A stretch of 64,000 nt of DNA. It comes from an uncultured Prevotella sp. (GTDB taxonomy: Bacteria; Bacteroidota; Bacteroidia; Bacteroidales; Bacteroidaceae). Made by a program: the position numbers and the translations under genes. This document shows positions 52,958 to 62,116 of this stretch, in pieces. Position 1 is the stretch's first letter, and each line of letters starts with the position of its first letter. The notes under the pieces were generated by a model. It made no database searches and was not told the DNA's origin. It saw only the letters and a program-made list of their open reading frames with translations. The stretch is from the NCBI GenBank assembly GCA_964493905.1, contig CAZBQA010000008.1:13802-77801 (forward strand). The letters are read 5' to 3'.

Positions 52958-54112
52958 TTAGCGGTTTTTATTGTGCAGATACCAGGGATGGATCACATTA
53001 TTATATAGCACCAGCGCCACAGCCACGAGCACCAGCGCCAGGAGCAAGGCATGGCTCTTGTCTGCCAGGAGCCATCCTCCGGCCAGCCCCATGGCAAGTC
53101 CGGTCTCCCAGCCCAAGAAGAAGGTGCTCTGCGAGGTGCCCCGCTCGCAATGGCGGGCCAACTTGATGAAGAACAGCAGGAATCGTGACCCGATGATGCC
53201 GATGCCAAAGCCGCATAGCACCGATGCCATGATCAATGCCGAATGACTGTGACGTAGCCACAACAACAGGATGGCCGCACCGATGAACAGACAACCGGCC
53301 ACCGACTCGCTCTTGAGTTCGGCATTGGCAAAGACGTATTTCTCGGAGAGGATGGCCAGCATGAACCCACCCATCATCATCAAGAAGAATTGAGAAGTCA
53401 GCTGGGTGGAGACGATGAGCCCGAGAGAAGCCGTAATAAGTAAGAGGTTGAGAAACAGGGGCGTGCCATGAACCAGGAAGAAACGGTCGAGACTCACGCG
53501 GCGCATGGTCTCGTCGGGTGCCTTGAATGGAAAACGGATGAGGTTGATGAGAAAGACCGACAGCAGCAGCGACACGATCGACATCATCAGCAACGACCGC
53601 AGGCCATGGTGTGCATACATCCAATAGCCTGCACAAGGTCCAAGGGCCAGGGCAAAGCGCCCAAACCATGATGCCGCATAGTTGGCCTCGGTGCGGTGTA
53701 TCGACTCACAGGTATCTACCACCAAGGTGCTGGTCAGCACCATCTGTGCCACAGCAAAGAGACTGCCCGTCAGCATCGAGGCTGCAATGATGACCCACGG
53801 CAACAGGCTGCCGATGAAATAAAAGAAGGCCCACAGCCCTGCCAGCAAGAGCATGACCGTCACACTCACGCGGTTGCGCTTGTGGCATTGCACCCAACCC
53901 GAGACAAAGGCACCGGGGAGATAAAGGCCCACCGTATATGCCAACAGACACTGTGCCACGAAGGTGTGGCTGCTGCCACTGCCAAGAAGATGTATGGGCA
54001 GCACGGGCAGGAGCACATAAACCGAGGCCATGAGAAAGAAATTGGCGAAGACGAGACACCAGAGGTCTTTGTGCCACAGTTTGATATGCACCGGTGTGTT
54101 ACTGGCGTTCAT
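52958..54112 (-). CDS. MFS transporter
   Basis: The 384-aa ORF has about 12 hydrophobic segments and an MFS-like organisation. Confidence 0.8.
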   Translation of the reverse strand: MNASNTPVHIKLWHKDLWCLVFANFFLMASVYVLLPVLPIHLLGSGSSHTFVAQCLLAYTVGLYLPGAFVSGWVQCHKRNRVSVTVMLLLAGLWAFFYFIGSLLPWVIIAASMLTGSLFAVAQMVLTSTLVVDTCESIHRTEANYAASWFGRFALALGPCAGYWMYAHHGLRSLLMMSIVSLLLSVFLINLIRFPFKAPDETMRRVSLDRFFLVHGTPLFLNLLLITASLGLIVSTQLTSQFFLMMMGGFMLAILSEKYVFANAELKSESVAGCLFIGAAILLLWLRHSHSALIMASVLCGFGIGIIGSRFLLFFIKLARHCERGTSQSTFFLGWETGLAMGLAGGWLLADKSHALLLALVLVAVALVLYNNVIHPWYLHNKNR

Positions 54113-54117
54113 GCGAC

Positions 54118-54750
54118 TTACCGGATAGAAAGGGTTGAGAGGTCGAGTTGGGTAAAGTCGTCGACGACGATGTCGGCCAACGTTGCCACCGTCTCACGAC
54201 TGTTGGTCGTGGTCAGTCCCACCGTCAGCAGACCGGCGGCACGCACGGCCTTCAGTCCGTTGACGCTGTCTTCAAACCCCACACATTCTTTCGGGTCTAT
54301 ACCAAAGTGAGCCGCACCCTTGAGATAACCGTCTGGGTCGGGCTTGCTCCGTTCAAAGTCCTCGCTGGTGAGGATGGCATCAAAATAGTCTTTCATCTCG
54401 GGGCGATGGCGGTACACATTGGCCATCTTCTCTAGATTGCTGCTGGTCACCACTGCCGTCTTGATGCCTTGCTTGCGCAGGGCGGTGACGAAAGACTCGA
54501 AACCGGCAATATATTCGTACTCCATCTGAAGCTCATAGGCATTGAGGCGCTCCGTGATCTTCGACTGTTCATCCTTCTTGTCGGCAAAATACTGGTCGTA
54601 GATCTGCACAAGCGTCATGCCCTTGATACGCTGTTCCATGCCGGGCATGTCGGGATAATACAGTTGGAACTGTGAGCCCCAGAACCGGGAGTATTGGGGC
54701 TCGGTGTCAAACACGACGCCATCCAAGTCAAATAATGCCGCTTTTATCAT
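54118..54750 (-). CDS. HAD family hydrolase (beta-phosphoglucomutase-like subfamily IA)
   Basis: MIKAALFDLDGVVFDTE is the DxDxV motif, with ...VTSS... and ...GFEDSVNGLKA also present. Confidence 0.88.
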   Translation of the reverse strand: MIKAALFDLDGVVFDTEPQYSRFWGSQFQLYYPDMPGMEQRIKGMTLVQIYDQYFADKKDEQSKITERLNAYELQMEYEYIAGFESFVTALRKQGIKTAVVTSSNLEKMANVYRHRPEMKDYFDAILTSEDFERSKPDPDGYLKGAAHFGIDPKECVGFEDSVNGLKAVRAAGLLTVGLTTTNSRETVATLADIVVDDFTQLDLSTLSIR

Positions 54751-54768
54751 CGTTTGTCAATTTGACTG

Positions 54769-54776
54769 CAAAGTTA
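54769..54776 (-). promoter_or_regulatory. -7 promoter box TAACTTTG for the HAD/MFS operon
   Basis: The minus strand reads TAACTTTG 19 nt upstream of the ATG at 54750. Confidence 0.55.
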
Positions 54777-54963
54777 CGACAAAACCCTGGAATAATCAAC
54801 TGAAACGGCAGAATAGTGCATCATGACCCGATAATAGAGGGTGAAAGGCCGTGGCATACCGTTGCCACGACCAGCATCAAGTCACCCTGACAGCGGCGAA
54901 GGGCGCAGCTGCCAGGGTGTAAGTCTTGGGTGGGGTAGGTTTCAACAGAGAGGCGCCGCCCCA

Positions 54964-56973
54964 TCACTGCTTGTCGAGCTGGGCGTCGAGCCAGTCGACG
55001 AACGGCCTCAGCACCTTGGCAGAGGGATTGGCCATGCGCTGAGAGAGTTCGATGTCCTCGCCCATGCCGTTGAGCACATTGAACTTGTAATTCTTCTCGC
55101 TGTCCATTGCCTTTACCTTGCTGCGCGTAACCGCGAGGTCGGTGGCCTCACCTGCCGACAGCGCGCCGACCATTTGTGCGGCATAGCGGCACATATCGCC
55201 TAGTTTATCTACAAAGGGTTGGATGTCGTGCCAGAGCAGGCGGTCTGACTCGCTGGTCGACAGAGCCATCGTTCTCAGCGAGTCGGTGGCGGCACCCAGG
55301 CTGGCAAGTTCCTCCAGCAGGGCCTTGGTGCAATGTTTGCACATGGGCTTGGCCTTATAGGCACGTATGCGGTCGGCCAGCGTGGTCGATCGGTCGTAGG
55401 TGCTGATGTTGGGCAAAAGCCGGCAGGCCTGCTGCCAACGGCTGCCAAAGACGGCGCGGAGCGATGCCATCCATGACCGCTCGTTGTCGAAGGCCGCACG
55501 GTTCCAGCCATAGTCGCCCACGCCAAAGAGTGCCACCTTGCTGGCCGCCCCCTGCTGCATGGGATTGCTGATGAGCGTCTTCACGCCCCGCAGGTCGGGC
55601 TCCAGCGTGGCATTGCGGTCGATGTGCTGCTCATCGTCGAAGTTGCGATAGGTGTCGAGCATGAACAGCTTGTCCATGTCGTTGTCGTTGCAGGGATAGT
55701 TCCACCACCAGGCCACGTCACGGCCCAGCCAATTGCTCACCTTGGCGGGGTCGCCGCTGTTGGGCACCGTCCACACGGCCCGGCCGGTGATATAGATGTT
55801 GACCTTTGCCGGAGTGTTGCTCAACGACTCAAAGAACTTTTTGGCCTGTTCTTCCTTCACCCACGAGTAGGCGTAGAGCTGTGGCACATAGTGTAGGGGC
55901 TTCACGGTGTCGGCGGCAAGGGCCTTCTTCGTATTCCACCTCTGGTCTATGAGCTGCTGGAGGCGGGTCAGCCGGTCGGCACCCAGCTTGAGCATGGCGG
56001 CATCGTCGGGCACACCCACATCATCGACGAAGACGCCAAACTGGCGCACGCCAAGCCGGTGCATGTCGGCAAACTTCGACATGACCTTGTCGAGCACGTC
56101 GGCCTGGGTAGCGTCGGTGAAGGCCTGTCCGGGATGTATGGCCCAGATGAAGTTGACCTTGCACTGATGGGCCACGTCGGTCATCGAGCGCAGCATGTCT
56201 TGCGAGAGATAGCCCAATTCTTTTTCCTTCTGGGTGATGGATGTGGGATAAGGCTTTTCCCAATAGCGCGAATGATAGGGGTCGCTCTTGGCACCATACA
56301 TATAGGTGTTCATCTTGTAGCGGGCCATAAAGCGGAAGAGGTCTTCGGTCACCTCCTTGCTATACGGCACGCCATAGTAGCCTTCGATGACACCACGATA
56401 CTGCGTGTCGGCATAGTCGTAGATGCGCACCTTGCGCAAGCTGCCCTTCTGCGCCTCAAGCATCTGCTCGAGCGAGGCCAGGCCACAGAACACGGCATCG
56501 GTGTGCTCGCCGAGGATCACCACTTCGGCATTGCCGCCCTGCCCTTGGGCCACGGCAATGGCATGGCGGTCGTATTTGGGCATGCCGAATACCGTGCGAT
56601 CGAGCGACAGCCTGGCGGCGGCCTTGTCGGCGGCATCGCCCGAGCCATTGATACCGATGATCAGGGTCATGCGCCCGCCAACGGCCTTCTTGCCCACCAC
56701 AGCCGTGATGCCGTTTTGGGCCAGCACAGCCTTGGCGCGGTCAAGGGTATAGTCATCGCACCCGCGCCCGGCAATAAGCGTGGCCACGGCGGTAGTGGGC
56801 ACGATGCCCTCCTCAGCAACCTGCTGCTGAGGCACAGGCCAGATGTCGTAGGGCCGCACGTCGCCGCGTGCCGACGACCGCATGGTGAATAACAAAAGCA
56901 AAAGAAGGCACAGCATCGCCCGCGACGCTGCCAAGGTGTCAGATGTCTTGGTTTTCATTGATAAACTGTTCAA
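54964..56973 (-). CDS. GH84 beta-N-acetylglucosaminidase (O-GlcNAcase-like), secreted
   Basis: YRGVIEGYYGVPYS...YKMNTYMYGAKSDPYH...NFIWAIHPG...FGVFVDDVG is the catalytic DD pair context. Confidence 0.88.
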   Translation of the reverse strand: MNSLSMKTKTSDTLAASRAMLCLLLLLLFTMRSSARGDVRPYDIWPVPQQQVAEEGIVPTTAVATLIAGRGCDDYTLDRAKAVLAQNGITAVVGKKAVGGRMTLIIGINGSGDAADKAAARLSLDRTVFGMPKYDRHAIAVAQGQGGNAEVVILGEHTDAVFCGLASLEQMLEAQKGSLRKVRIYDYADTQYRGVIEGYYGVPYSKEVTEDLFRFMARYKMNTYMYGAKSDPYHSRYWEKPYPTSITQKEKELGYLSQDMLRSMTDVAHQCKVNFIWAIHPGQAFTDATQADVLDKVMSKFADMHRLGVRQFGVFVDDVGVPDDAAMLKLGADRLTRLQQLIDQRWNTKKALAADTVKPLHYVPQLYAYSWVKEEQAKKFFESLSNTPAKVNIYITGRAVWTVPNSGDPAKVSNWLGRDVAWWWNYPCNDNDMDKLFMLDTYRNFDDEQHIDRNATLEPDLRGVKTLISNPMQQGAASKVALFGVGDYGWNRAAFDNERSWMASLRAVFGSRWQQACRLLPNISTYDRSTTLADRIRAYKAKPMCKHCTKALLEELASLGAATDSLRTMALSTSESDRLLWHDIQPFVDKLGDMCRYAAQMVGALSAGEATDLAVTRSKVKAMDSEKNYKFNVLNGMGEDIELSQRMANPSAKVLRPFVDWLDAQLDKQ

Positions 56974-57022
56974 TTCTGTGTAATAATAGATGCTTTACTG
57001 TAATCATGTCTACTTATTATTA

Positions 57023-57030
57023 CAAAGATA
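57023..57030 (-). promoter_or_regulatory. Candidate -7 box TATCTTTG for the GH84 gene
   Basis: The minus strand reads TATCTTTG 50 nt upstream of the ATG at 56973. Confidence 0.4.
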
Positions 57031-57321
57031 ACTAAAAAAACACGTATATCCATCCCTTTTTTATCGATATTTTTTTGTCTTATTTTACCATTGCTTGAAT
57101 CGGAACTCCCTCAGCCACCGCCGCACCGATGCGAGGGTACCGACATGCGACAGCAGAAAGACGTGCAACGACCGATTGCCCCGGCACAGTAGGGCAATGA
57201 ATGCCTTTGGCGCAAGATCGCAGAATGTCATGATAACGACACTGACCTTGGTGCTCCCCGAATCACTTCCTCATTAATAATAATTAACTATCTTGTTTCG
57301 GGAGGAATACTTACTATTTGT

Positions 57322-57329
57322 TACTTTTG
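57322..57329 (+). promoter_or_regulatory. -7 promoter box TACTTTTG for hxlR-type regulator, embedded in the 12-bp palindrome TTTTGTACAAAA
   Basis: The motif ends 19 nt upstream of the ATG at 57348. The palindrome spans 57325-57336. Confidence 0.5.
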
Positions 57330-57347
57330 TACAAAAAGTTACCGTTT

Positions 57348-57707
57348 ATGGCCAATAAGAATATCGACCCCTCCTATCTCACCTGCCCCATTCGTCAGGT
57401 CATCAGTCGCTTTGGCGACAAATGGTCTTTGCTCGTCCTCTTCACCCTCAACGCCAGCGAGACAGGGGTGTTGCGGTTCAACGAGCTCCATCGCCACATG
57501 TCCGACTGCTCGCAGAAGATGCTTTCGGCAACACTCAAGAACCTGGAGCACAACCACCTGATACAGAGAAAGGTGTATCCTGTCGTCCCGCCTCGGGTGG
57601 AATACTCGCTGACGCAGACCGGACTATCGCTCATGCCACCGATAGCCTCGCTCATCGACTGGGCAAAGCAGCATTTCGATGACGTGGTGGCCAACCAGGT
57701 GGTATAG
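57348..57707 (+). CDS. HxlR family transcriptional regulator
   Basis: CPIRQVISRFGDKWSLLVLFTL...RFNELHRHM...SQKMLSATLKNLEHNHLIQRKVYPVVPPRVEYSLT. Confidence 0.9.
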   Translation: MANKNIDPSYLTCPIRQVISRFGDKWSLLVLFTLNASETGVLRFNELHRHMSDCSQKMLSATLKNLEHNHLIQRKVYPVVPPRVEYSLTQTGLSLMPPIASLIDWAKQHFDDVVANQVV

Positions 57708-57802
57708 CCAGTCAGCCCCACCGGCACAAGGGGTTTCACCCACATGGCCCATAAGACCCATGCTTCGGCACGACCACCGCGCATCAATGGCCGTAAGAGT
57801 TT

Positions 57803-58001
57803 TATAGGTGGGTTCTATTAATTACCACCGAAATCAAATCATAAAATCATGGGTTACGTTTTGCCATCTTTCGGACTCTCTTCGGCTCAAATTGTCAGTT
57901 CGCTCAGTCGTTATGCCCGCATAACTCCTTCGTTCACTAGCAATTTGACCTCGAAGATAGTCTCGAAATCTGACAAAGCTAATTAATAGAACCCACCTAT
58001 A
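57803..58001. mobile_element. MITE-like non-coding element, 199 bp, with perfect 21-bp terminal inverted repeats
   Basis: The left end TATAGGTGGGTTCTATTAATT (57803-57823) is the exact reverse complement of the right end (57981-58001). The interior has long imperfect self-complementarity, and a related copy lies at 41452-41600. Confidence 0.7.
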
Positions 58002-58018
58002 CGTTTTATTGACTTTAT

Positions 58019-58062
58019 TATATAGATTTGTTGTACCTTTTATATAGATTTGTTGTACCTTT
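58019..58062 (+). repeat. Direct tandem duplication (2 x 22 bp) that contains the rsmG -7 promoter box
   Basis: ATATAGATTTGTTGTACCTTTT is followed by ATATAGATTTGTTGTACCTTTG, matching at 21 of 22 positions. Confidence 0.85.
58055..58062 (+). promoter_or_regulatory. -7 promoter box TACCTTTG for rsmG
   Basis: The motif ends 37 nt upstream of the ATG at 58099. The upstream duplicated copy reads TACCTTTT. Confidence 0.5.
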
Positions 58063-58098
58063 GCACGCATCAACAAGTTATTGCTTATTTATCAGGGC

Positions 58099-58719
58099 AT
58101 GCAAGACATACTGAAGTATTTTCCCCACCTCACCCCCCGCCAGACTGAGCAGTTCGCCGCACTCGACGGACTCTACCGCGACTGGAACGCCAAAATCAAT
58201 GTTATCTCGCGCAAAGACATCGACAACCTCTATCTCCACCACGTGCTCCACTCCCTGGCCATTGCCCGGGCCATCAGTTTCAAGCCCGGCACCCGCATCC
58301 TCGACTTCGGTACGGGCGGCGGCTTCCCCGGCATCCCCCTGGCCATCCTCTTCCCCGAATGCAGCTTCCGACTCATCGACGGCACGGGCAAGAAAATCAA
58401 GGTGGCCACCGAGGTGGCACAGGCCATAGGCCTGCAGAACGTCGAGGCCCTGCACCGCAGGGGCGAGGAAGAGAAAGACCGCTTCGACTTCGTGGTCTCG
58501 CGCGCCGTCATGCCCCTGCCCGACTTGGTGAAGATCGTGCGCAAGAACATCCTGCGCCAGTCGCACAACGCCCTGCCCAACGGCCTCATCGTGCTCAAGG
58601 GCGGCAACCTCACCGACGAGCTCAAGCCCTTTGGCAAGCTGGTGGAGGTCACGCCCATCACCACGTTATTCCAGGAGGAGTGGTTCGACGACAAGCAGGT
58701 GGTCTACCTTCCCATGTAA
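58099..58719 (+). CDS. rsmG: 16S rRNA (guanine527-N7)-methyltransferase
   Basis: WNAKINVISRKDIDNLYLHHVLHSL...ILDFGTGGGFPGIPLAI. The start was chosen at the ATG at 58099. Confidence 0.92.
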   Translation: MQDILKYFPHLTPRQTEQFAALDGLYRDWNAKINVISRKDIDNLYLHHVLHSLAIARAISFKPGTRILDFGTGGGFPGIPLAILFPECSFRLIDGTGKKIKVATEVAQAIGLQNVEALHRRGEEEKDRFDFVVSRAVMPLPDLVKIVRKNILRQSHNALPNGLIVLKGGNLTDELKPFGKLVEVTPITTLFQEEWFDDKQVVYLPM

Positions 58720-58761
58720 TTTTCTCATCGCCCATCACGGCACTAATCCCCCCATCCCACA

Positions 58762-59409
58762 ATGTTAGACATCAAGCGTTTTCCCTGCAACATGCTCCAG
58801 ACCAACTGTTATGTGGTCAGCGACGAGACGCATGAGGCAGTCATCATCGACTGTTCGGCCTTCTATGGCAACGAGCAGGCCGCCATACAAGACTATATTG
58901 AGAAAAAGGAGCTCAAGCCCCGTCACCTGCTGGCCACCCACGGACACGCAGACCACAACCTCGGCAACAAGTTTGTGGCCGACACCTGGGGCCTGAAGCC
59001 CGAGGTACACGCGGCCGACGAGCCCCTGATGCAGAACCTGGCCCAGCAGGCATCGGCCCTGTGCGGCATCGGCCTGGGGCCCGACGACATCGCTCCCGTG
59101 GGCAGATACCTGCATGGCGACGACGTCATCGCCTTCGGCAACCACCGGCTGACCATCATCGAGACGCCGGGCCACACGCCCGGCGGCGTGGTGTACTATT
59201 GCAAGGAAGAGAACACCGCCTTCACGGGCGACACCCTCTTCCATTACAGCATCGGCCGCACCGACCTGCCCGGCGGCTCGATGTTCATGCTCATCCAGAG
59301 TCTGCGCATGCTCTGCCAGCTGCCCGACAACACCCGCCTCTACCCCGGGCACGGCGACCAGACCACCATCGGCATCGAACTGGCCGGCAACCCCTATCTC
59401 GACCGCTAA
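58762..59409 (+). CDS. MBL-fold metallo-hydrolase (glyoxalase II-like)
   Basis: LLATHGHADHNLG is the HxHxDH motif, with ETPGHTPGG and PGHG also present. Confidence 0.88.
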   Translation: MLDIKRFPCNMLQTNCYVVSDETHEAVIIDCSAFYGNEQAAIQDYIEKKELKPRHLLATHGHADHNLGNKFVADTWGLKPEVHAADEPLMQNLAQQASALCGIGLGPDDIAPVGRYLHGDDVIAFGNHRLTIIETPGHTPGGVVYYCKEENTAFTGDTLFHYSIGRTDLPGGSMFMLIQSLRMLCQLPDNTRLYPGHGDQTTIGIELAGNPYLDR

Positions 59410-59448
59410 GGCCCACTCCTCTGTCACCACCACAGCCCACACACCACC

Positions 59449-60057
59449 ATGCGTACCAAGCAACGACCCTCCACCGAACGTATCATCCTCGGCATAGACC
59501 CTGGCACCAATGTCATGGGCTATGGCGTGCTGCGCGTGGTGGGCAACCACGCTGAGATGATGGCCATGGGCATCATCGACCTGCGCAAGATTACCGACCC
59601 CTATCTCAAGCTGGGGCGTATCTACGAGCGTGTGACGGGCATCATCAGCGAGTATCTGCCCGACGAGCTGGCCATCGAGGCCCCGTTCTTCGGCAAGAAC
59701 GTGCAGTCGATGCTCAAGCTGGGGCGCGCCCAGGGCGTGGCCATCGCCGCCGCCATCCACCGCGACATCCCCATCCACGAGTATGCGCCTCTGAAGATCA
59801 AGATGGCCATCACCGGACAGGGACAGGCCTCCAAGGAGCAGGTGGCGGGTATGCTACAGCGCATGCTACACATCAACAAAGATCACATGCCCGACTTCAT
59901 GGATGCCACCGATGCCCTCGGTGCCGCCTACTGCCACTTTCTGCAACTCTCGCGCCCCGACAGCGGGGCACGCCATTACGGCAGCTGGAAAGACTTCGTC
60001 AGGAAGAACAGCACTCGCGTGGCAACACCCCACGCCACACCGGCCGACGACCGGTAG
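59449..60057 (+). CDS. ruvC: Crossover junction endodeoxyribonuclease RuvC
   Basis: [17 protein letters not shown]...[25 protein letters not shown]...[10 protein letters not shown]. Confidence 0.92.
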   Translation: MRTKQRPSTERIILGIDPGTNVMGYGVLRVVGNHAEMMAMGIIDLRKITDPYLKLGRIYERVTGIISEYLPDELAIEAPFFGKNVQSMLKLGRAQGVAIAAAIHRDIPIHEYAPLKIKMAITGQGQASKEQVAGMLQRMLHINKDHMPDFMDATDALGAAYCHFLQLSRPDSGARHYGSWKDFVRKNSTRVATPHATPADDR

Positions 60058-60101
60058 CAGCAGGGGCGGGCATCTACGGTGCACCATCACCTTCATCGAC
60101 T

Positions 60102-61586
60102 ATGCAGCAAATCATTCATATAGAGAACGGAGTGACCCGTATGCCCGAGTGGCGTATGGACGAACCTGTAAACTTCACCAGTTGCGACGGCGAGCAGCTG
60201 GCCATCGTGGGACCCAACGGCGGCGGCAAGACGATGCTCGTCGACATCCTCATCGGCCGCCATCCCCTGCTCGACCACGACCCCGAATACAACTTTGCGC
60301 CGAGCACCAAGCCGCTTGTGTCTGACAACATCTGCTACATCACCTTCCGCGATGCCTACGGCGGCGACAACGACCGTACCTACTACCTGCAGCAGCGCTG
60401 GAACCAGATGGAGATCGACGAGTCGACACCCACCGTGGGCAGCCGCCTCGAAGAGGCCTACCGCCGCGCCGGCAACGACACGCCCCAGCGCAGGGCCATG
60501 CAGCAACGGCTCTACAGCCTCTTTCGCATGGACTTGCTGCTCGACAAGTATGTCATCCTCCTCTCGAGCGGTGAGCTGCGCAAGCTCAAGCTCACCGAGA
60601 CGCTGCTCTCGGCACCGCGCGTGCTCATCATGGACAACCCCTTCATCGGGCTCGACGCCGCCACGCGCGACCAGCTGCGCGAGCTGCTGGCCGCCGTGGC
60701 CGGGGAGCAACAGTTGCAGATCATCCTGGTGCTTTCGAAGAACGACGACATACCGCCTTTCATCACCCATGTGGTGGAGGTGCGCGACAAACGGGTGCTG
60801 CCCAAACGCACGCTCGACGAATACCTGGGCCAACGACCGCCCTTCCCCGACCATGTGCTCAGCCCCGAGAAGGCCGACGCCATCGTCAGCCTGCCCTACA
60901 AAAACACGGAGTACCACACCCACGAGGTGGTGGGCATGCACCAGGTGAGCATACGTTACGGACGGCGTACCATCCTCAAAGACCTCTCGTGGACGGTGCT
61001 CAACGGCGAGCGCTGGGCCCTGAGCGGACAGAACGGCGCCGGCAAGTCGACGCTGCTCAGCCTGGTGTGCGCCGACAACCCGCAGAGCTACGCCTGCGAC
61101 ATCTCGCTCTTTGGCTATGCCCGAGGCAGCGGCGAGAGCATCTGGGACATCAAGCGACACATCGGCTACGTGTCGCCCGAGATGCACCGCGCCTACCAGC
61201 GCGACCTGCCGGCCATACGCATCGTGGCCAGCGGACTGAAAGACAGCGTGGGACTGTATGTCAGGCCCGACGAGGCGGAGTATGACATCTGCCGGTTCTG
61301 GATGGACATCTTCGGCGTGGGACACCTGGCCGACCACACCTTCCTCAAGCTCTCGAGCGGCGAGCAGCGACTGGTGTTGCTGGCCCGCGCCTTCGTCAAA
61401 GACCCCGAGCTGCTGATCCTCGACGAGCCTCTCCACGGTCTCGACATGACCAACCGGCGACTGGTGAAGGATGTCATCGAGACTTTCTGCCGCCGCCACA
61501 ACAAGACCCTCATCATGGTGACCCACTACGAGGAGGAGCTGCCGGCATGTATCGACCACCGCATACGCCTCGTGAGGCACGACTGA
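60102..61586 (+). CDS. Double-domain ABC ATPase without a TM domain (ModF-like)
   Basis: Walker A motifs are GPNGGGKT and GQNGAGKST, and signatures are LSSGELRK and LSSGEQRL. Confidence 0.85.
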   Translation: MQQIIHIENGVTRMPEWRMDEPVNFTSCDGEQLAIVGPNGGGKTMLVDILIGRHPLLDHDPEYNFAPSTKPLVSDNICYITFRDAYGGDNDRTYYLQQRWNQMEIDESTPTVGSRLEEAYRRAGNDTPQRRAMQQRLYSLFRMDLLLDKYVILLSSGELRKLKLTETLLSAPRVLIMDNPFIGLDAATRDQLRELLAAVAGEQQLQIILVLSKNDDIPPFITHVVEVRDKRVLPKRTLDEYLGQRPPFPDHVLSPEKADAIVSLPYKNTEYHTHEVVGMHQVSIRYGRRTILKDLSWTVLNGERWALSGQNGAGKSTLLSLVCADNPQSYACDISLFGYARGSGESIWDIKRHIGYVSPEMHRAYQRDLPAIRIVASGLKDSVGLYVRPDEAEYDICRFWMDIFGVGHLADHTFLKLSSGEQRLVLLARAFVKDPELLILDEPLHGLDMTNRRLVKDVIETFCRRHNKTLIMVTHYEEELPACIDHRIRLVRHD

Positions 61587-61630
61587 CACCATAGACGTCA
61601 ACGATTATTTATTCTTAAAGGCAACAACAC

Positions 61631-62116
61631 ATGATCAAGAAACTGATAATGACACTATTGCTCGCCTGCACCTGCGTGGTGAGCAGCAGCGCCCAAGCCA
61701 TATACAATGAGGTGAGGCGCATGCAGAAGACCTTCGAGCTCATCAAGACCGACGAGTCGGTGAAGCTCGACGACCGTAAGGTGGCCACCTTCAAGTGGGA
61801 CGCCATCGAGTATATGCTCTACAAAGCCGGCGAAGACAGCACCTTCACCGAACAGCAGCTGGGCGAGCAGACCTTTGCCATGACCGAGTTTGTGGCTCTC
61901 TTCCAGAAGCGGCTGGCTGAGGTGGGCAACAGCAAGTCGAAGCGGCTGAACGCCCTGGAGCGGTTCAAGAATGCCAGCATCAGCCACAGCCTGTTTGCCG
62001 ATACCGACAAGCAGCTCACGCTGGCCTACTACAACAATGCCGACTTCGTGACCCAGTTCTCGCTCGACACCGACTGGGTGAAGGCCCTCGCCGACATCCG
62101 ATCTGCGAGATGGTGA
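61631..62116 (+). CDS. Hypothetical secreted protein (161 aa)
   Basis: The signal peptide is MIKKLIMTLLLACTCVVSSSAQA. The protein is helical with no motif I recognise, and its stop overlaps the start of the next gene by 7 nt. Confidence 0.7.
   Translation: MIKKLIMTLLLACTCVVSSSAQAIYNEVRRMQKTFELIKTDESVKLDDRKVATFKWDAIEYMLYKAGEDSTFTEQQLGEQTFAMTEFVALFQKRLAEVGNSKSKRLNALERFKNASISHSLFADTDKQLTLAYYNNADFVTQFSLDTDWVKALADIRSARW

Noticed and set aside
56974-57347. A GC-rich patch (about 57095-57280) inside the otherwise AT-rich GH84 / hxlR intergenic region, with small hairpins such as ATTGCCC...GGGCAAT at about 57173-57196. I considered a riboswitch, an sRNA or the 60-aa ORF 57095-57277.
   Set aside because: I could not match it to any riboswitch or RNA-family consensus I know. 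The ORF starts with TTG and is rich in Arg, Ser and Thr. There is not enough evidence to call a feature, but it is worth a glance in RNA-seq data.
57834-58076. An 80-aa minus-strand ORF inside the MITE-like element.
   Set aside because: It spans the inverted repeats and the duplicated promoter, has no coding-type GC3 bias, and its counterpart in the second copy (41452-41600) is not preserved as an ORF.
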